From positions 15,624,001 to 15,688,000 of the forward strand of contig NC_043023.1 in the NCBI RefSeq assembly GCF_006345805.1: DNA of 64,000 bases, given 5' to 3'. This DNA comes from Octopus sinensis. Taxonomy: Eukaryota. How positions within the stretch are numbered: the stretch's first letter is position 1; the number at the start of each line of letters is the position of its first letter. The notes beneath the pieces were generated by a model. The model ran no database searches, was not told the DNA's origin, and worked only from the letters and a program-made list of their open reading frames with translations. Below, one piece after another: positions 25,010 to 39,439 of this stretch. The position numbers and the translations under genes were made by a program.

Positions 25010-25585
25010 TATCTGTTTCAGTCATTTGACTGTGGCCATGCTGGAGCACCGTCTTTAGTCAAGCAAATTAACCCCAGGACTTATCCTTTGGAAGCCTAGT
25101 ACTTATTCTATCGGTTTCTTTTGCCGAACCGCTAAGTAACGGGGACATAAATACACCAGCATCAGTTGTCAAGCGATGTTGCGGGGGATAAACACACACA
25201 CACAAACATACACACACACATATATATATAAATATATAGGACGGGATTCTTTCAGTTTTTCTGTTTTCCAAATCCACTCACAAGGCTTTGGTCAGCCCGA
25301 GGCTATAGTAGCAGACACTTGCACAAGGTGCCACACAGTGGGACTGAACTCGGAACCATGTGGTTGGTAAGCAAGCTACTTACCACACAGCCACTCCTTA
25401 ATATATATATATATATACATACGATGGGCTTCTTTCAGTTTACGTCTACCAAATCCACTCACAAGGCTTTCGTCGGCCCGAAGCTATAGTAGAAGACACT
25501 TGCCCAAGGTGCCACACAATGAAACTGAACCCGGGACCATGTGGTTGGTAAGCAAGCTACTTACCATACAGCCACTCCTATGCCT
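25010..25585 (-). mobile_element. Two adjacent SINE family A copies (one full, one head only)
   Basis: The head aggagtggctgtgtggtaagtagcttgcttaccaaccacat occurs twice (ends near 25398 and 25580). Confidence 0.75.
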
Positions 25586-26059
25586 GGTGAAATAAAATAC
25601 AGCAATTGTATTACTTTTTATTGAATAAATTAATTGTTTCCATTTTCCTCATTTGCTTCAACTCATTAATTATGATGTGTGTTTTCCATTCAAATAATAT
25701 TGATTAAATTAATTTGTTCTATTTTCTTGTGGATGTGTCATTATCACACCAATATATGACATTCCAGTTCCCAATTACGATCGGTTGTGTCCTCCTGGAC
25801 ATGTTTTGAGTCTCAGGATTTGCAGTATTTGTGATAGCAACCCACATATTCTAGAACAAACTGGAGGCCTACTGCTTTTGTCATAGTGTTTGGTGTAGAG
25901 TGGATGATACAGCCTACTTATTTTTGCTAAATCATTCTGTAGATCCGGTTTTCATGGTCTTGTTCTTACCAGACACCAAGCAGGGATTTATGATGGGCAT
26001 CTTGGTTAGAATGGCACCTGTTGTGATGAGAGTAGACTGGTCCGAGTAAAGTATACTCC

Positions 26060-26430
26060 CACCGCCAATCTCTGGGGCCCCTTCCATCTGTCCTTCTGCA
26101 ACGGCGCTTGCGGTGGTTTGGACATGCATGTAGGCATCCGGTGGGTGAACTGAGCCGTGATGTCCTCCCAACTTCACTTCCCAACTGGTGGAAACGCATG
26201 GGCGGGCAGCTGAGGACCTGGATTACGACGATCAAGGAGGACCTCTCTGTGCTCACGGGTCCACAGGTGGTCTGCCTGCGCCGATGGAACCGTGACTGGC
26301 TTGCTATCTCCAGTGAACTGGCGCAGGACCGTCGTGCGTGGGCTGCCATGGTTTGAGATGCCTCGAGGGTGGTAGAAGAAGCCGACTCAACCCGCCTGGG
26401 GTGAATGTCGCCACAAGTACAAGTAAGTAG
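26060..26430 (+). mobile_element. RTE-clade LINE 3' end
   Basis: LRWFGHACRHPVGEL...GGQLRTWITTIKEDL...LAQDRRAWAAMV followed by a caagtacaagtaagta tail. Confidence 0.75.
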
Positions 26431-26439
26431 AAGAGGGTG

Positions 26440-26900
26440 CCATGAAATCGGTCTTTCTGTTTATCAGGTAACCCTGGCTGAGGGGCATAAGCCAAGATTA
26501 TGGTTGCTAATCCATGTTGCAACACTAATCTAAGCTTAAGTATTCTATCACAGACTCTGACTACCTTGATTACCTTATCAACCCTTTCTCTCTGCAAGAA
26601 GTATATCCATGCCCTCAACTCCATCAGTATTCCCTACCCAGAAAATCTTATACCTACGTTCTTTGCTTGTGAGGAACCTAGTAGAACTTCCTCTCCACCT
26701 TACTTCTTGGAAGCAGCACAAATCTACATGGCTCCATTCAAGAATCTCAACAATCTCACCAGACCTATCTTTCAATGTGCCAATTCTGAGGTTGTGGAAG
26801 GTGTGGGCCTGCAAGACCCTGGGGTGGGGGACAGCAGCATCAGGTACCTGAAAAGAAAGCTTGAATTTGACAGAACTCATAAACATACAATAGCCTTCAA
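26440..26900 (-). mobile_element. RTE-clade APE endonuclease fragment
   Basis: NLRIGTLKDRSGEIVEIL...DLCCFQEVRWRG...YKIFWVG...RILKLRL...IILAYAPQPG. Confidence 0.75.
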
Positions 26901-27269
26901 CCTGCACACACTACACCATTATTTTGTGCACTAAATTATCACTGCATTCCACAGGAGATAAACACTAAGTATGGATGGGGGAGCATCTAAGCCATTGGAG
27001 GTGTTCAGGGGAAAGGCATCCAATGGGGGTCAGAACATAGGGACTTCCAGTATAGGTGATGGGGGTGGGATGGGCGGACACACCACGAAATGGCAAACAC
27101 TCTGGCTGCCGGTGCAAAAGAATAACAACAACAATGATGATAATAATGAGATAGAACTGGACATTTGCATTCTTAACTAGAGCTGTAAGCAACCGTATTC
27201 GGTTAGCCAAACTGTGTCAAAATTAGATAAATTATATTTGGTGTTGCTACATGATTTTACTTCACGAAT

Positions 27270-27650
27270 GCTTTTTAGCAATTGCCATTTGGTGCATGAG
27301 AGAGTTCGATGAAGCTGCCCTCATCTGCACCTCCTGCCGTGAAGTTGGTTCATCTGGGTCACCTAACAGGAAGAGATCCAGTTTAATTTTAAAGACATCT
27401 GCATCCACCCCATGCAGGTCTCACAGGTCCTTCGAGAGGATATTGAAGAGCTGTGAACCTCTGAAGCCCAGGCTATCACAGTATCTTGTCCTATATCTTG
27501 ATGGCAAATTTGGAGTCCTTGGCACTATGCAGTGGCGCCCAGTTCTAGTATTTGTGTAACTCTCGATGCCAAAGTTCGGGACAAGTCCTTCTAGGATCTT
27601 CCAGATGTATATTATGGCATATCTATATAACATCCTTGGTTTGTAAAGAT
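27270..27650 (-). mobile_element. CR1/L2-like LINE 3' fragment
   Basis: RYAIIYIWKILEGLVPN...SLGFRGSQLFNIL resembles the CR1-type RT C-terminus. Confidence 0.6.
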
Positions 27651-28263
27651 GTATATGGTAACATCCTTTCTTATTATTGTATATATAACATAATGCAAAC
27701 ATGTAGCTTTTTTGTGCATTTTGTTTGCAGAAAATAATGAAATAACAGTAATAATGTTTAATAAATGTTGCTTACTGCAAGTTATGGATGATTCTTTTAT
27801 GACTTCATTGCTTTCAGGCTTAGCTTAAGGTATTTTCGCGCCCGACATCACAAAATGCATCTGAATAAACATTGCCGGACAACAAATAGAGACTCGGACA
27901 TTGCTTAGAAAATAATTTTCATTTTTAACCTTGCATATAGTACGCACTAAAGATTTTGACCTTTAAATTTTGGGGGTGGAAATGTGGATTATACTCAAGG
28001 AGTTACGGTACTTAAGAGGGTGGGAAGGTAATTTTTGCACAAAGGAAGATGTGTTTTGCAATAGAGAAGATACATAGCTACGCTACTCTAGATTTATGTA
28101 AGGGTCGGTGGGGTTATCTGGGGTAAACATCAGATGTTAGTGGCAGGACGCAATAGCAAAACCCCCAACAAGCAAGAGATGATATGCACAAGGGGTCAGG
28201 TCAAGAAAGGCAGTTATAAATATGTGTGGGTGTGTTCAGCATCATTTCACAGATGTAGGTTTC

Positions 28264-28966
28264 ATCATTGTTTAACGTCTGCTTTTCATGCTAGCATGGG
28301 TTGGACGATTTGACTGAGGACTGGCGAGCCAGATGGCTGCATGAGGCTCCAATCTTGATCTGGCAGAGTTTCTACAGCTGGATGCCCTTCCTAATGCCAA
28401 CCACTCCGTGAGTGTAGTGGGTGCTTTTACGTGCCACCAGTATGAGGGTCAGACAAGTGGTACTGGCAATGGCCATGCTCAAATGGTGCTTTTTATGTGC
28501 CACCTGCACAGAAGCCAGTTCAGCAGCACTGGCAACGACCTCACTCGAATGTTTTTTCCCGTGCCAGTAAGGCAATGCTGATAACAATCACACTCGAATG
28601 GTGCTTTTTATGTGCCACCAGCAGAAATGCCAGTCTGTTGCTCTGGCAACGATCATGCTCGAATGGTGCTCTTAGTGCTCCATTAGCATGGATGCCAGTC
28701 ATTGAATTAGATTTCGCTTGTCTCAACAGGTCTTTGCAAGCAGAGTTTAGTGTCCAATGAAGGAAAGCTTCACAAAAGTGGGCTGGTTACACCCCTGGCA
28801 TACGCCACGAGGTTATGGTCTCACTTGGCTTGCTGGGTCTTCTCAAGCACAGCATATTTCCAAAGGTCCCAGTCACTAGTCATTGCCTCGGTGAGGCCTA
28901 AAGTTTGAACGTCTTGCTTCACCACTTCATCTCAGGTCTTCCTCTTCCACAGGTTCCCTCAACCGC
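28264..28966 (-). mobile_element. RTE LINE 3' fragment with repeat-containing 3' UTR
   Basis: Reverse complement of the end of the 33445-36040 element (gagggaacctgtggaagaggaagacc; aaagcacc repeats; gat tail). Confidence 0.75.
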
Positions 28967-29063
28967 TAGGTTTATATACTACAATTTATATATATATATA
29001 GATGGGGAGGGCTTCACTATGCTATATATAAAGAACTCCTCTATGCTGATCATTTTGTACTTA

Positions 29064-29463
29064 TCTATATATATAAAGCTGAAGTTGTCTGTGTATGGCA
29101 GGTTTAGTAGCCTTCAACTAACACTATCTCCTCCGAGACCCTGCGGCGCAAGTTGACCAAAATTGAGAGTATGATAGAAGAAAGCTTGCTCTTCATTCCG
29201 TAGAAGATAAAATTCAAATCGGACCATGTTAACACTAAAAATTATTTACATCAAAAAGGTGCTTTTTTTTTCCATGAAAATTCCTATTTTTTACGATTTT
29301 ATTTACTGCTGTGTCGTCATTTTTTCGGTGTATTTCAACCAGAAAAATGTTCACTTAAAGAGAATAACAAGCTACATAATGCAAAATTTTTACTTTTCAA
29401 AAATTCCAATTCTAAAGGGTCGAAAAGAATACAAACCCTAGCAACGCCGGGCGATACTACTAG
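29064..29463 (+). mobile_element. Non-autonomous Helitron, 400 bp
   Basis: A|TCtatatatataaagc ... ccctagcaacgccggg ... taCTAG|T. Confidence 0.8.
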
Positions 29464-29574
29464 TAATAATAATAATAAAGTAGATGTGCTGTTTCAGGCA
29501 TTTATCAGTCCCTTTGATAGTCCCATCGACCCTCAGGGGTCGATATCAACCACTTTGGAGACCCCTGAATTAGG

Positions 29575-29735
29575 GTGATATGGTGTTCCTTTGTCCGATT
29601 CCTTTACCAGTTTTGATATCAGTTGCTGTGTGGTTTATAGCTGTTATATTTCCAGGGTCAGTGTACAAATTCTCTAATAACTTTATGGAGTCTGTTTCAA
29701 TTTCAAGTGCTGTTAGGATATCACCAATTTCCACA
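29575..29735 (-). mobile_element. Small non-LTR RT fragment
   Basis: Minus translation SVEIGDILTALEIETDSIKLLENLY...IKTGKGIGQRNTISP resembles the RT region around KGVRQGD.ISP. Confidence 0.5.
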
Positions 29736-30027
29736 GAAAAAGAAAAAATCTTTATTAAAATCTACAAATGTTAAGCATAAAGGTATGTTGGGAGTTTCTC
29801 ATTTTCCCCCACATTTGGTTTAACTGCTACAAATGCATCTGTGGATGGTGCAAAGTCCCTTCTCAACCTAAGGTAACGTGGTGGTGAAACAACATAGTTG
29901 ACAGGGTTATCAGGGAAAAGAAACAGGCATAGAAGGACTACAAATGTTAAGCATAATGGTATGTTGGGAGTTTCTCATTTTGCCCCACATTTGGTTTAAC
30001 TCCTACAAAGGCAAAGGCAATGCTTAA

Positions 30028-30248
30028 CCCTTTCGTTACTGAATTTATTTTGAGATGCTCAGTGTTTCTTCCAATTATGTTAAATATAACAAAGAATTAA
30101 GTAAAATAACATCGTTATCATTAAGCTAGAGTTAGGGACATGAATTGTGACTAAGGTTTGGTGGAAGGTTTTAATTCAGAACTTTTGAAAACCAGACATT
30201 TGTACTAAAGAGCCAGAGTCGGTTTCAGCCGGGTTGGTAACGAAAGGG
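30028..30248. mobile_element. piggyBac-type MITE, 221 bp
   Basis: TTAA|CCCTTTCGTTAC ... GTAACGAAAGGG|TTAA. Confidence 0.85.
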
Positions 30249-30320
30249 TTAAACAAAGGCACCAAATTGCTGGATCAGGTGAGTAAAGTTAGAGCTCAAT
30301 TAATTAGAAAGACAATTAGC

Positions 30321-31225
<905 letters not shown>

Positions 31226-31496
31226 TTTTTTCTCTTGGCTTTGTTGGGGGGGGGGGGTTCTGTACTTTGAAAGATATTTGTTGTTGTATTTTTCTGCAAT
31301 TTCAGCCAATCATTGACGTCTATTGAGGTAGAAAACATTCTGTGCCGTATGAATGTGTCCCTCGTTTGGGAGGCAGATTGGGTTTACATTTGTGAAGAAA
31401 AAAAAGATACCCTTCCCCTAACCCTGAAACAGATTGAAATGCAATAGATCGTATTTGTTTAGTGAAATTCTTTCTTTTAACTGGTATTACTTAATT

Positions 31497-31740
31497 AGAG
31501 TGGTCCAGGTGCGCGCACTCGCGCATCCGCATTAGCTAGTCGTGACTAGTCGATCCTACAACGACTACGTAGCAAAGTAAATAAAACACAAAATGCATAA
31601 TTTTTTTTTACACAAAGGAAATAATTTTTTAAAAAGAAAGTAAATAAAACACAAAAACACAAAGTAAATAAAACAAAAACACAAAGTAAGGATCGACTAG
31701 CTAGGGCGGATGCGCGAGTGCGCGCACCGGGATCACTCTT
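31497..31740. mobile_element. Palindromic MITE
   Basis: agagtggtccaggtgcgcgcactcgcgcatccgc versus gcggatgcgcgagtgcgcgcaccgggatcactct. Confidence 0.75.
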
Positions 31741-32959
31741 CTTAAGCAGTACCCTTTTAACTTACTCAACACATCGAAACAATCAGATATATGGCATGAC
31801 ACATATATAATAGAAATGTTTATATAAATATAATACTTACACAGTAATATATATATATATATATGTATATATGCAGAGTGAGTCAACGAGGAAGGTGTGA
31901 GAAGAATATATTGTAGTGAAAACTAAAGTCAGAGTGGACAAAGAGAGCTTCAAGAGAATTACAACAAACGTTAATTAATATTTTTCAGGTGCACATAATC
32001 AAAAATGCTGCATCTGTTTCTTTACAAATTTAATTACCAATCGTGTATATATTTAATTCGGTTTTCTCTTAAATATCAGTTGTAAAGTGGAACCGATCAA
32101 GCAATAAAAATGCGTACGAAACCGGAGCAAGAAAGCCTTTTACGAATTTATGTGAAGCACCTCTGCTCTTAATTAAAAACGGATGTTAGAAATAGAGTGA
32201 TTTCCCCTTGTCTGTTAATCGCTAAATCTTTCCAATTCTGTTTCCTTGTTTAAGAGAGAACCCAATTTAATATACACACGTTTGATAATTAACTGTGACT
32301 TGTTTTTCTCCCTCGTGACCGATTCACTTTCGGTTTTGGCTGTTTACGTCATCGTAACTTAGCGATTCAACGAAAGGAGAACGAAGGAATGAGTAGCAGT
32401 GTGAAGAGAGATAAGCGCAGCCTTCGATGAGTGTGAGTAAACAAGTCGATGTGGTGCTTCACCATGGCCTTGTCCAAGAATTGAAACCAGTAAACGACGG
32501 ACGAGAAAATCTATTTTGTAGGTAATTTGTATCAAGGGAGAGAACTCTCATATATAAACCACGTATATTTGAGAGTAGTCTCCCTTAAAAGTTAAACAAC
32601 AGCATACTGGTCTCAAGGCATTGTTCAAGGGATGTAACTCCCGCACAATATATTTGTGAGTAGTCTCCCTTAACACCAAACGTTATGCCAGCGTTATAGT
32701 ACAGAGGGTGAGAGATGTAGATGAAAAGAGGCAGACATACAACAGTCGGACAGACACGTAAATCGGTGAGTGAAGGATAGACACATATTCTGTGTCATTC
32801 CATAAATAATGCGGGTTTAAAAAAATTTTTTTTTCAAAATTAAGGGTTTTTAATCTAAAATTTTCTACATATATATATGTGTGTGTGTGTACATATATGT
32901 ATATATATAAATGTGCGTGTGTGTATATATATGTGTGTGTGTGTATATATATATATATA

Positions 32960-33190
32960 TGTATTTCTTTACTACCCACAAGGGGCTAAACATAGAGGGG
33001 ACAAACAAGGACAGACAAAGGGATTAAGTCGATTACATCGACCCCAGTGGGTAACTGGTACTTAATTTATCGACCCCGAAAGGATGAAAGGCAAAGTCGA
33101 CGTCGGTGGAATTTGAACTCACAACGTAACGACAGACGAAATACTGCTAAGCATTTCGCCTGGCGTGCTAACGTTTCTGCCAGCTCGCCG
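32960..33190 (-). mobile_element. tRNA-derived SINE (third family)
   Basis: Head ggcgagctggcagaaacgttagc, B-box-like gagttcaaattcc, and tail ccccttgtgggtagtaaag; the tail recurs at the window end (about 63984). Confidence 0.75.
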
Positions 33191-33444
33191 CCTTTGATAT
33201 ATATATATGTTTGTATTATATACCATGCCTGGTTGTTGACAAATTTTTAAATGGCGGTGCCCCGGCGTGGCCACGGCTCATGGGGTGAGGGTGGATGGAG
33301 TGAAAGGAAAAAAATATATATATATGCGTGTGTATGCTTGAATGTGTATATATATATATATATACATAATTATTTATATATTTTTTTTTCATTTCATTCC
33401 ATCTAGTTTCAGCTCGTGAGCTGTGGCCGTGCTGGGGCACCGCT

Positions 33445-36040
33445 ATTTAGAAATTCAACAATCGGCCATGGGACTTGAACCCAGATCCCTTGGAGATATA
33501 TGAAGAAGGGTCTGGAAGCTTAAAGACCCTGCAAATGGACAGAGATTTAGAGAAATGTTACTTGAAGCCTTTGACGAAATAGAAGGGGGTATAGCTACAC
33601 ATGGGGTAGAAGACAACTGGACACTTCTAAGGGACAACCTGCTGAAAGCCACTGACCAGATCTGTGGCTGGTGCAAAGTCCCCTCAAGACCCAAAATAAC
33701 GTGGTGGTGGAGCAATATTGTTGACAGGGCTATTAGACAAAAGAACAGGCTTGGAAGGACTGGAAGAATGGTGGTAGCAGGGAAGTGTATCAGACTGCCA
33801 GAAGGGAAGCTAGGAGGCAGGTGTATTTAGCCAGAGGGGAAGCAGATAAGAAAAAATTTGCCAATGTCCTGCGCCGGGAGGATGAAAGACTTGAGGTATT
33901 TCGTGTTGCAAGACAGTGTGTGAGAGAGAATCGTGATGTGGTAGGAGAGAAATGTGTTCGCGAGGATGACGGTTCACTTGCGCTAAATGAGGATGCAAAG
34001 AGAGAGGTTTGGAGACGCCACTATGAAAGGTTGCTGAATGAGGAAAATGAATGGGATAAAGAGAGCCTGCCGAATGTCGACCCAACAGAGGGACCAGCAA
34101 TCCGAGTTGACAGTTCTTTAGTAGTTAAGGCAATTACAGGCATGAAAACAGGGAAAGCCCCAGGCCCATCAGGTATTACTGCAGAGATGCTCAAAATATC
34201 TGGTAGTGTTGGCTATAGCCTACTCACCCGTATAGTTAACACGAAGGAGTCATACCCAATGACTGGTGTAGCAGCATAATAGTCAGTTGCTACAAAGGTA
34301 AAGGTGACGCCCTAGATACAAATAACTACAGGGGTATCAAGCTGCTGGATCAGGTAATGAAGGTTACGGAGAGGGTTATACCCCAACTAATTAGAGAGAG
34401 AATTAGCTTAGATGAGATGCAGTTTGGGTTCGTGCCAGGGAGAAGTACTACTGATGCTATATTCCTGGTAAGACAGCAGCTGGAGAAATACCTAGCCAAA
34501 GATAAGCCCCTGTACCTGGCTTTTGTTGACATGGAGAAAGCCTTCGACAGGGTTCCCCGATCCCTTATCTGGTGGTCAATGAGGAAACTAGGGATAGATG
34601 AATGGTTAGTTAGAGCTGTGCGAGCCATGTACAGAGACGCTGCTAGTAAGGTGAGGGTTGGCAACGAATACAGTGAAGAATTCCGGGTAGAGGTTGGGGT
34701 CCACCAAGGTTCAGTCCTCAGTCCCCTCCTATTTATCATAGTCCCCCAGGCAATAACGGAGGAATTCAAGACAGGATGCCCCTGGGAGCTCCTCTATGCT
34801 GATGATCTTGCTCTAATTGCTGAGTCACTATCAGAACTGGAGGAGAAGTTTCAGGTGTGGAAGCAAGGTCTAGAATCGAGGGGCCTCATAATCAATTGCC
34901 TGGGCAAAGTTTAGAGAGCTCTTACCCCTGCTGGTGACAAAAGGCCTCTCGCTCAGAGTAAAAGGCAGACTGTATGATGCATGTGTACGTACAACCATGC
35001 TACATGGTAGTGAAACATGGTCTGTGACTGCTGAGGATATGCGTAAGCTCGCAAGAAATGAAGCCAGTATGCTCCGATGGATGTGTAATGTCAGTGTTCA
35101 TAATCGACAGAGTGTAAGTACCTTGAGAGAAAAGTTGAACCTAAGAAGCATCAGTTGTGGTGTGCAAGAGAGACGTCTGCGCTGGTATGGGCATGTGACG
35201 AGAATGGGTGAAGATAGTTGTGTGCAAAAGTGCCATACTCTAGCAGTTGAGGGAACCTGTGGAAGAGGTAGACCCAGGAAAACCTGGGTCGAGGTAGTGA
35301 AGCACGACCTTCGAACTTTAGGTCTCACCAAGGAAATGACTAGAGACCAAGACCTATGGAAGTATGCTGTGCATGAGAAGACCCGGCAAGACCAGTGAGA
35401 ACAGTCAAAATCAAACCAAATCAACATCAGTGGAAATTGCAGCTGTGGTTAAGCGAACCATACGATCGTTTGTCCGTTGCCAGCCTCGCCTGGCACGTAA
35501 AAGCACCATCCGTTCGTGTCCGTTGCCAGCCTTGCCTGGCCCCCGTGCCGTTAGCACGTAAAAGCACCATCTGCTCGTGTCCATTGCCAGCTTTGCCTGG
35601 TCCCCGTGCCGGTAGCACGTAAAAGCACCATCCGTTCGTGTCCGTTGCCAGCCTTGCCTGGCCCCCGTGCCGTTAGCACGTAAAAGCACCATCCGCTCGT
35701 GTCCATTGCCAGCTTTGCCTGGCCCCCGTGCCGGTAGCACGTAAAAGCACCATCCGTTCGTGTCCGTTGCCAGCCTCGCCTGGCCCCCGTGCCAGTCGCA
35801 CGTAAAAGCACCATCCGTTCGTGTCCGTTTGCCAGCTCTGTCTGGCACCTGTGCAGGTGGCACATAAAAAGCACCCACTACACTCACGGAGTGGTTGGCG
35901 TTAGGAAGGGCATCCAGCCGTAGAAACACTGCCAAATCTGACTGGGCCTGATGAAGCCTTACGGCTTCACAGACCCCAGTTAAACCGTCCAACCCATGCT
36001 AGCATGGAAAACGGACGCTAAATGGTGATGATGATGATGA
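33445..36040 (+). mobile_element. 5'-truncated RTE-clade LINE with degenerate RT, antisense within ZNF-4
   Basis: QFGFVPGRSTTDAIF, FVDMEKAFDRV, HQGSVLSPLLF, LLYADDL and LRWYGHV motifs across frameshifted ORFs; 3' UTR repeats; (GAT)n tail ending at 36040. Confidence 0.9.
35463..35875 (+). repeat. About 61-bp tandem repeat (6-7 units) in the RTE 3' UTR
   Basis: gcacgtaaaagcacc at 35493, 35554, 35615, 35676, 35737, 35798 and 35860. Confidence 0.9.
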
Positions 36041-36498
36041 TCACAGTGATATAGTTTCTCTCCTGTATGAATGGATTTGTGAGGAGTAAGGCTATTCTTT
36101 TGAGAGAATGATTTACCACAGATGTCACACTGATATGCCCTCTCATTAGTATGCGTAAGTTCATGAGGAGTTAAATGACTTCTAATTACGAAGGATTTAC
36201 CACAGATATTGCAGTGATATGGTTTCTCTCCAGTATGAATGGATTTGTGATAAGTAAGGCTACCCTTGTGAGGGAATGATTTACCACAAATATCACAAGA
36301 ATATGGTTCCTCCCCAGTATGGATGTATTTGTGAGAAGTAAGGTTACTTTTCACTATAAAAGACTTTCCACAGATATCACAGCGATATTGCTTTCCACCT
36401 GAATGAATACGTTTGTGAACTTTGAGATTTCCCTTATTAGATAAATACTTTTTACAGACATCACATTGGTATGATAACTTTTCTCTTTCTTTTGTCAT
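35980..36498 (-). pseudogene. ZNF-4 5' half: 5 fingers fused to antisense LINE tail
   Basis: ORF 35980..36645. The usual start ATG is mutated to AAG (RTIKNPQEM). Five intact fingers, then YHCD-HHHHHH-LASVFHASMGWTV. Confidence 0.8.
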
Positions 36499-37754
36499 CT
36501 CTTGAGGATTCTTTATTGTTCTATAGTATACAAGCACAAAATATATTTTTGCCCCCTTTTTTATATATTTCTTTGTATATTCAAATACTTCTACTAATAT
36601 ATTTCCAGCAAATCTGGTCTTCATCAATATCTGGACATGATACAAACACCTTCGGAGATTTTTCCAAGTTAAAGCAGAAGGTCAAATACTTGTGTAAATA
36701 TTCCAGGCAATGAGGAAAACAAATGTTGATATTAATTCAGAAGAGATATTTCACAGTTCTTCACCATAGATAAATTATATAAACGTGGTTATATATATTA
36801 TTTATAACATCTTCCATTAGTCTTCAAATGATGATCAATATTCATGATGTATCTGATGTAAAAACTCCTTTATACCACTAACATCTCATATTCTGAAATG
36901 ACACAGAAACAGTAGAAGATATAGGAAAGACTTAAAAAGCAGAGATTCAACAATAGAAAATATAATTACATTTTCATAATGATAAACTGTTTATATAAAC
37001 TTTTACCCATTCAAATTTTATTATACAACCTTTGTGTAATGTCTACTTATACACAGACTGCAGCTCCTCCACCTTCAGATATTATGGAAAATGTTAAACT
37101 ACAAAACGGTGGACAATAATATTCTACTATCTTCAGAAACGTGGTAAGTCACTGTTGTTTAGCCCAAGGTCACCCCTGACTGAGCAGACCTCTTAATGAA
37201 ATTCGCTTGCATTCCCGACTGTCCTGACTTTTAGAATACATCAAACATAAACACAACTATAATTTAAACACCAACCCACCACGACTTTTCCTTCTGTAAC
37301 CTTATTAATAATGTAAATCTTTTAAAGAAATTCTGCATTCACATGTGTTGAAGGTCTGGATCATAAATACGTTTGTGTATTCGTTTCTTTTCAAGTTTAA
37401 GCCATTTGCTGATTCTGTCTACAAAAAGGTGTATCTTGTTTTATCATCGCGGTACCACTGGCCTCATGTTGCAGTCAGCTATTTCTGTTTTATTAGATTG
37501 CAGATTATTCACAGGAGCAAAAATCAGACATAATTAACGTGGATTATTTCGACAGGAACAGCAAATATAGATGTTTAGCAAATAATACCGCTATGATAAA
37601 TCAATAGATGGCTTTGAATCGACACAGTCAGCAAATGGAATATCTACTGTAATAAAAAAAAAGCTAAAAATTTGGTGCTTTTTCATGGCCATGCCAAGTA
37701 AAATCCAAATATTCTTGGCTTAATTAAAGACATTTATTGGCGAATAGAATTAAC

Positions 37755-38992
37755 GGTTAAACTAAAGCGTTACACCATTCAAAGAAACAAGAAAAAATAT
37801 GAACGAATATGAAAAAAAAATGCGCACATGCGAAAGGGGAGTGGGGGAGAGGCCTCGGAAAATTCACATCGAGAATTTCCGAAAGCGTCTGAGGGGCTGA
37901 CCCGGGCACCAAAACAACAAAAAAAAAAATAGTGTAATATGTGTAAAACAACTTGCTCTCAACGAATATGACAAAAAAAATGCGCCCTCGCCAAAGAGGG
38001 GTGGGGGAGAAGCCTCGGAAAATTTACATCGGGAATTTCCGAAACCGTCTGACCCGGGCACAAAACAAAAATAGCGTAATAGGTGTAAAACAACTTGCTC
38101 TAAACGAATATGATAAAAAAAAATACGCGCTCGCGAAAGAGGGGTGGGGGAGAGGCTTCGGAAATTTCACATCTTCAGTCCACGGCCTTTAAACTAAGAA
38201 AAAATAGTGTAATTGGTGTAAAACTACTTGTTCTAAACGAGTATCAAGAACACACACTCACACATGAATCATAAACTCCGTATTTTTGTACATATTTCGC
38301 AAAAAAAAAAAAAAAAAAAAAAAGAAAAGAAATTCTGGAAAAAGTGAAGAAATGTTGGATCTCCGCCATATGAATCAAAATACGTGTCAGAAACATCTTG
38401 AAATACTACAGAAATTATGTTACGAAAATGATAATGTATACATACCTCTTTGAGTGGTCCATCGACATTGATGATAAAGAAATGAGATGGGTTGGAGGAA
38501 AAAATTATCTCGGGCCAGGATAAAGACTTGCTGCTGCCAATAAGAATACGTGTATTCTCTTGGCAGCAGGTTTGATGCTTTCCATAAATAGGAACTTGGA
38601 GAGGTATTGCTTTAAGTAACAGGCACGAATGCCTGGGCGAAAAACTGATCTCTTAACTGACCCCCACAATCTCTCTATCGTCTGTGTGTGCACCGACGCA
38701 TTTGTCAGATCAACAAAATTTTCACTGCGGTTGATGCCTTATAATTTAGCACACTCATCGGTAAAATTTTGCAGTTATTTCTTACTTATTTCCTTTTTTC
38801 CTAAAATTTTCTTTGCGTCTTGCAACCTTTTCAATAGTTTTGACTCTGTCCGTTATTTACACTGCTTTTCCTTTTGTTTGTTTGGGTGCATTGAAACTAA
38901 ACTAGAGAAAGTATTAGATTTATGACTCAGGTCATTATAGACGAAAGTAATGTCTTGTGTCATGAGTATCATTTTAAAGTGTAATTTCTTCG
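37755..38992 (-). mobile_element. Merlin/IS1595-type DNA transposon remnant (terminus, subterminal repeats, transposase C-terminus)
   Basis: NHSENFVDLTNASVHTQTIERLWGSVKR matches the ISXO2/IS1595 DDE motif. The terminus GGTTAAACTAAAG at 37755 is preceded by GAATTAAC. Three G-rich subterminal repeats at about 37815, 37978 and 38122. Confidence 0.75.
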
Positions 38993-39439
38993 GGTAAAAG
39001 TTTATATCCACAGTTTATCATTATGAAAATGTAGTTATAATTTTTATTGTTAAACCTTTGCTTTTTAAAGTCTTATATCTTCTTCTGTTTCTGTGTCATT
39101 TCAGATACTCGTATAAAGGAGTTTTACGTGAGATACATCATGAATATTGATCATGTTTTGAAAACGAATGTCAGCCGTTATAAATAATAGATAATAACTC
39201 TGTTTATATAATATATCTATGGTGAATAACGGTGAAATATTTCTTCTGAATTAATAGCAACATTTGTTTTCCTCATTGCCAGGAATATTTACAAAAGTAT
39301 TTCACATTCAGTTTGAATGTGAGAAAATCTGGAAAGGTGTTTGTATCATTTTCAGATATTCAAGATCAGATTTGCTGTAGAAGATATATATAAAGAAGAA
39401 GGGAAAATATATTTTCTGTCTGTATACTATAGAACAATA

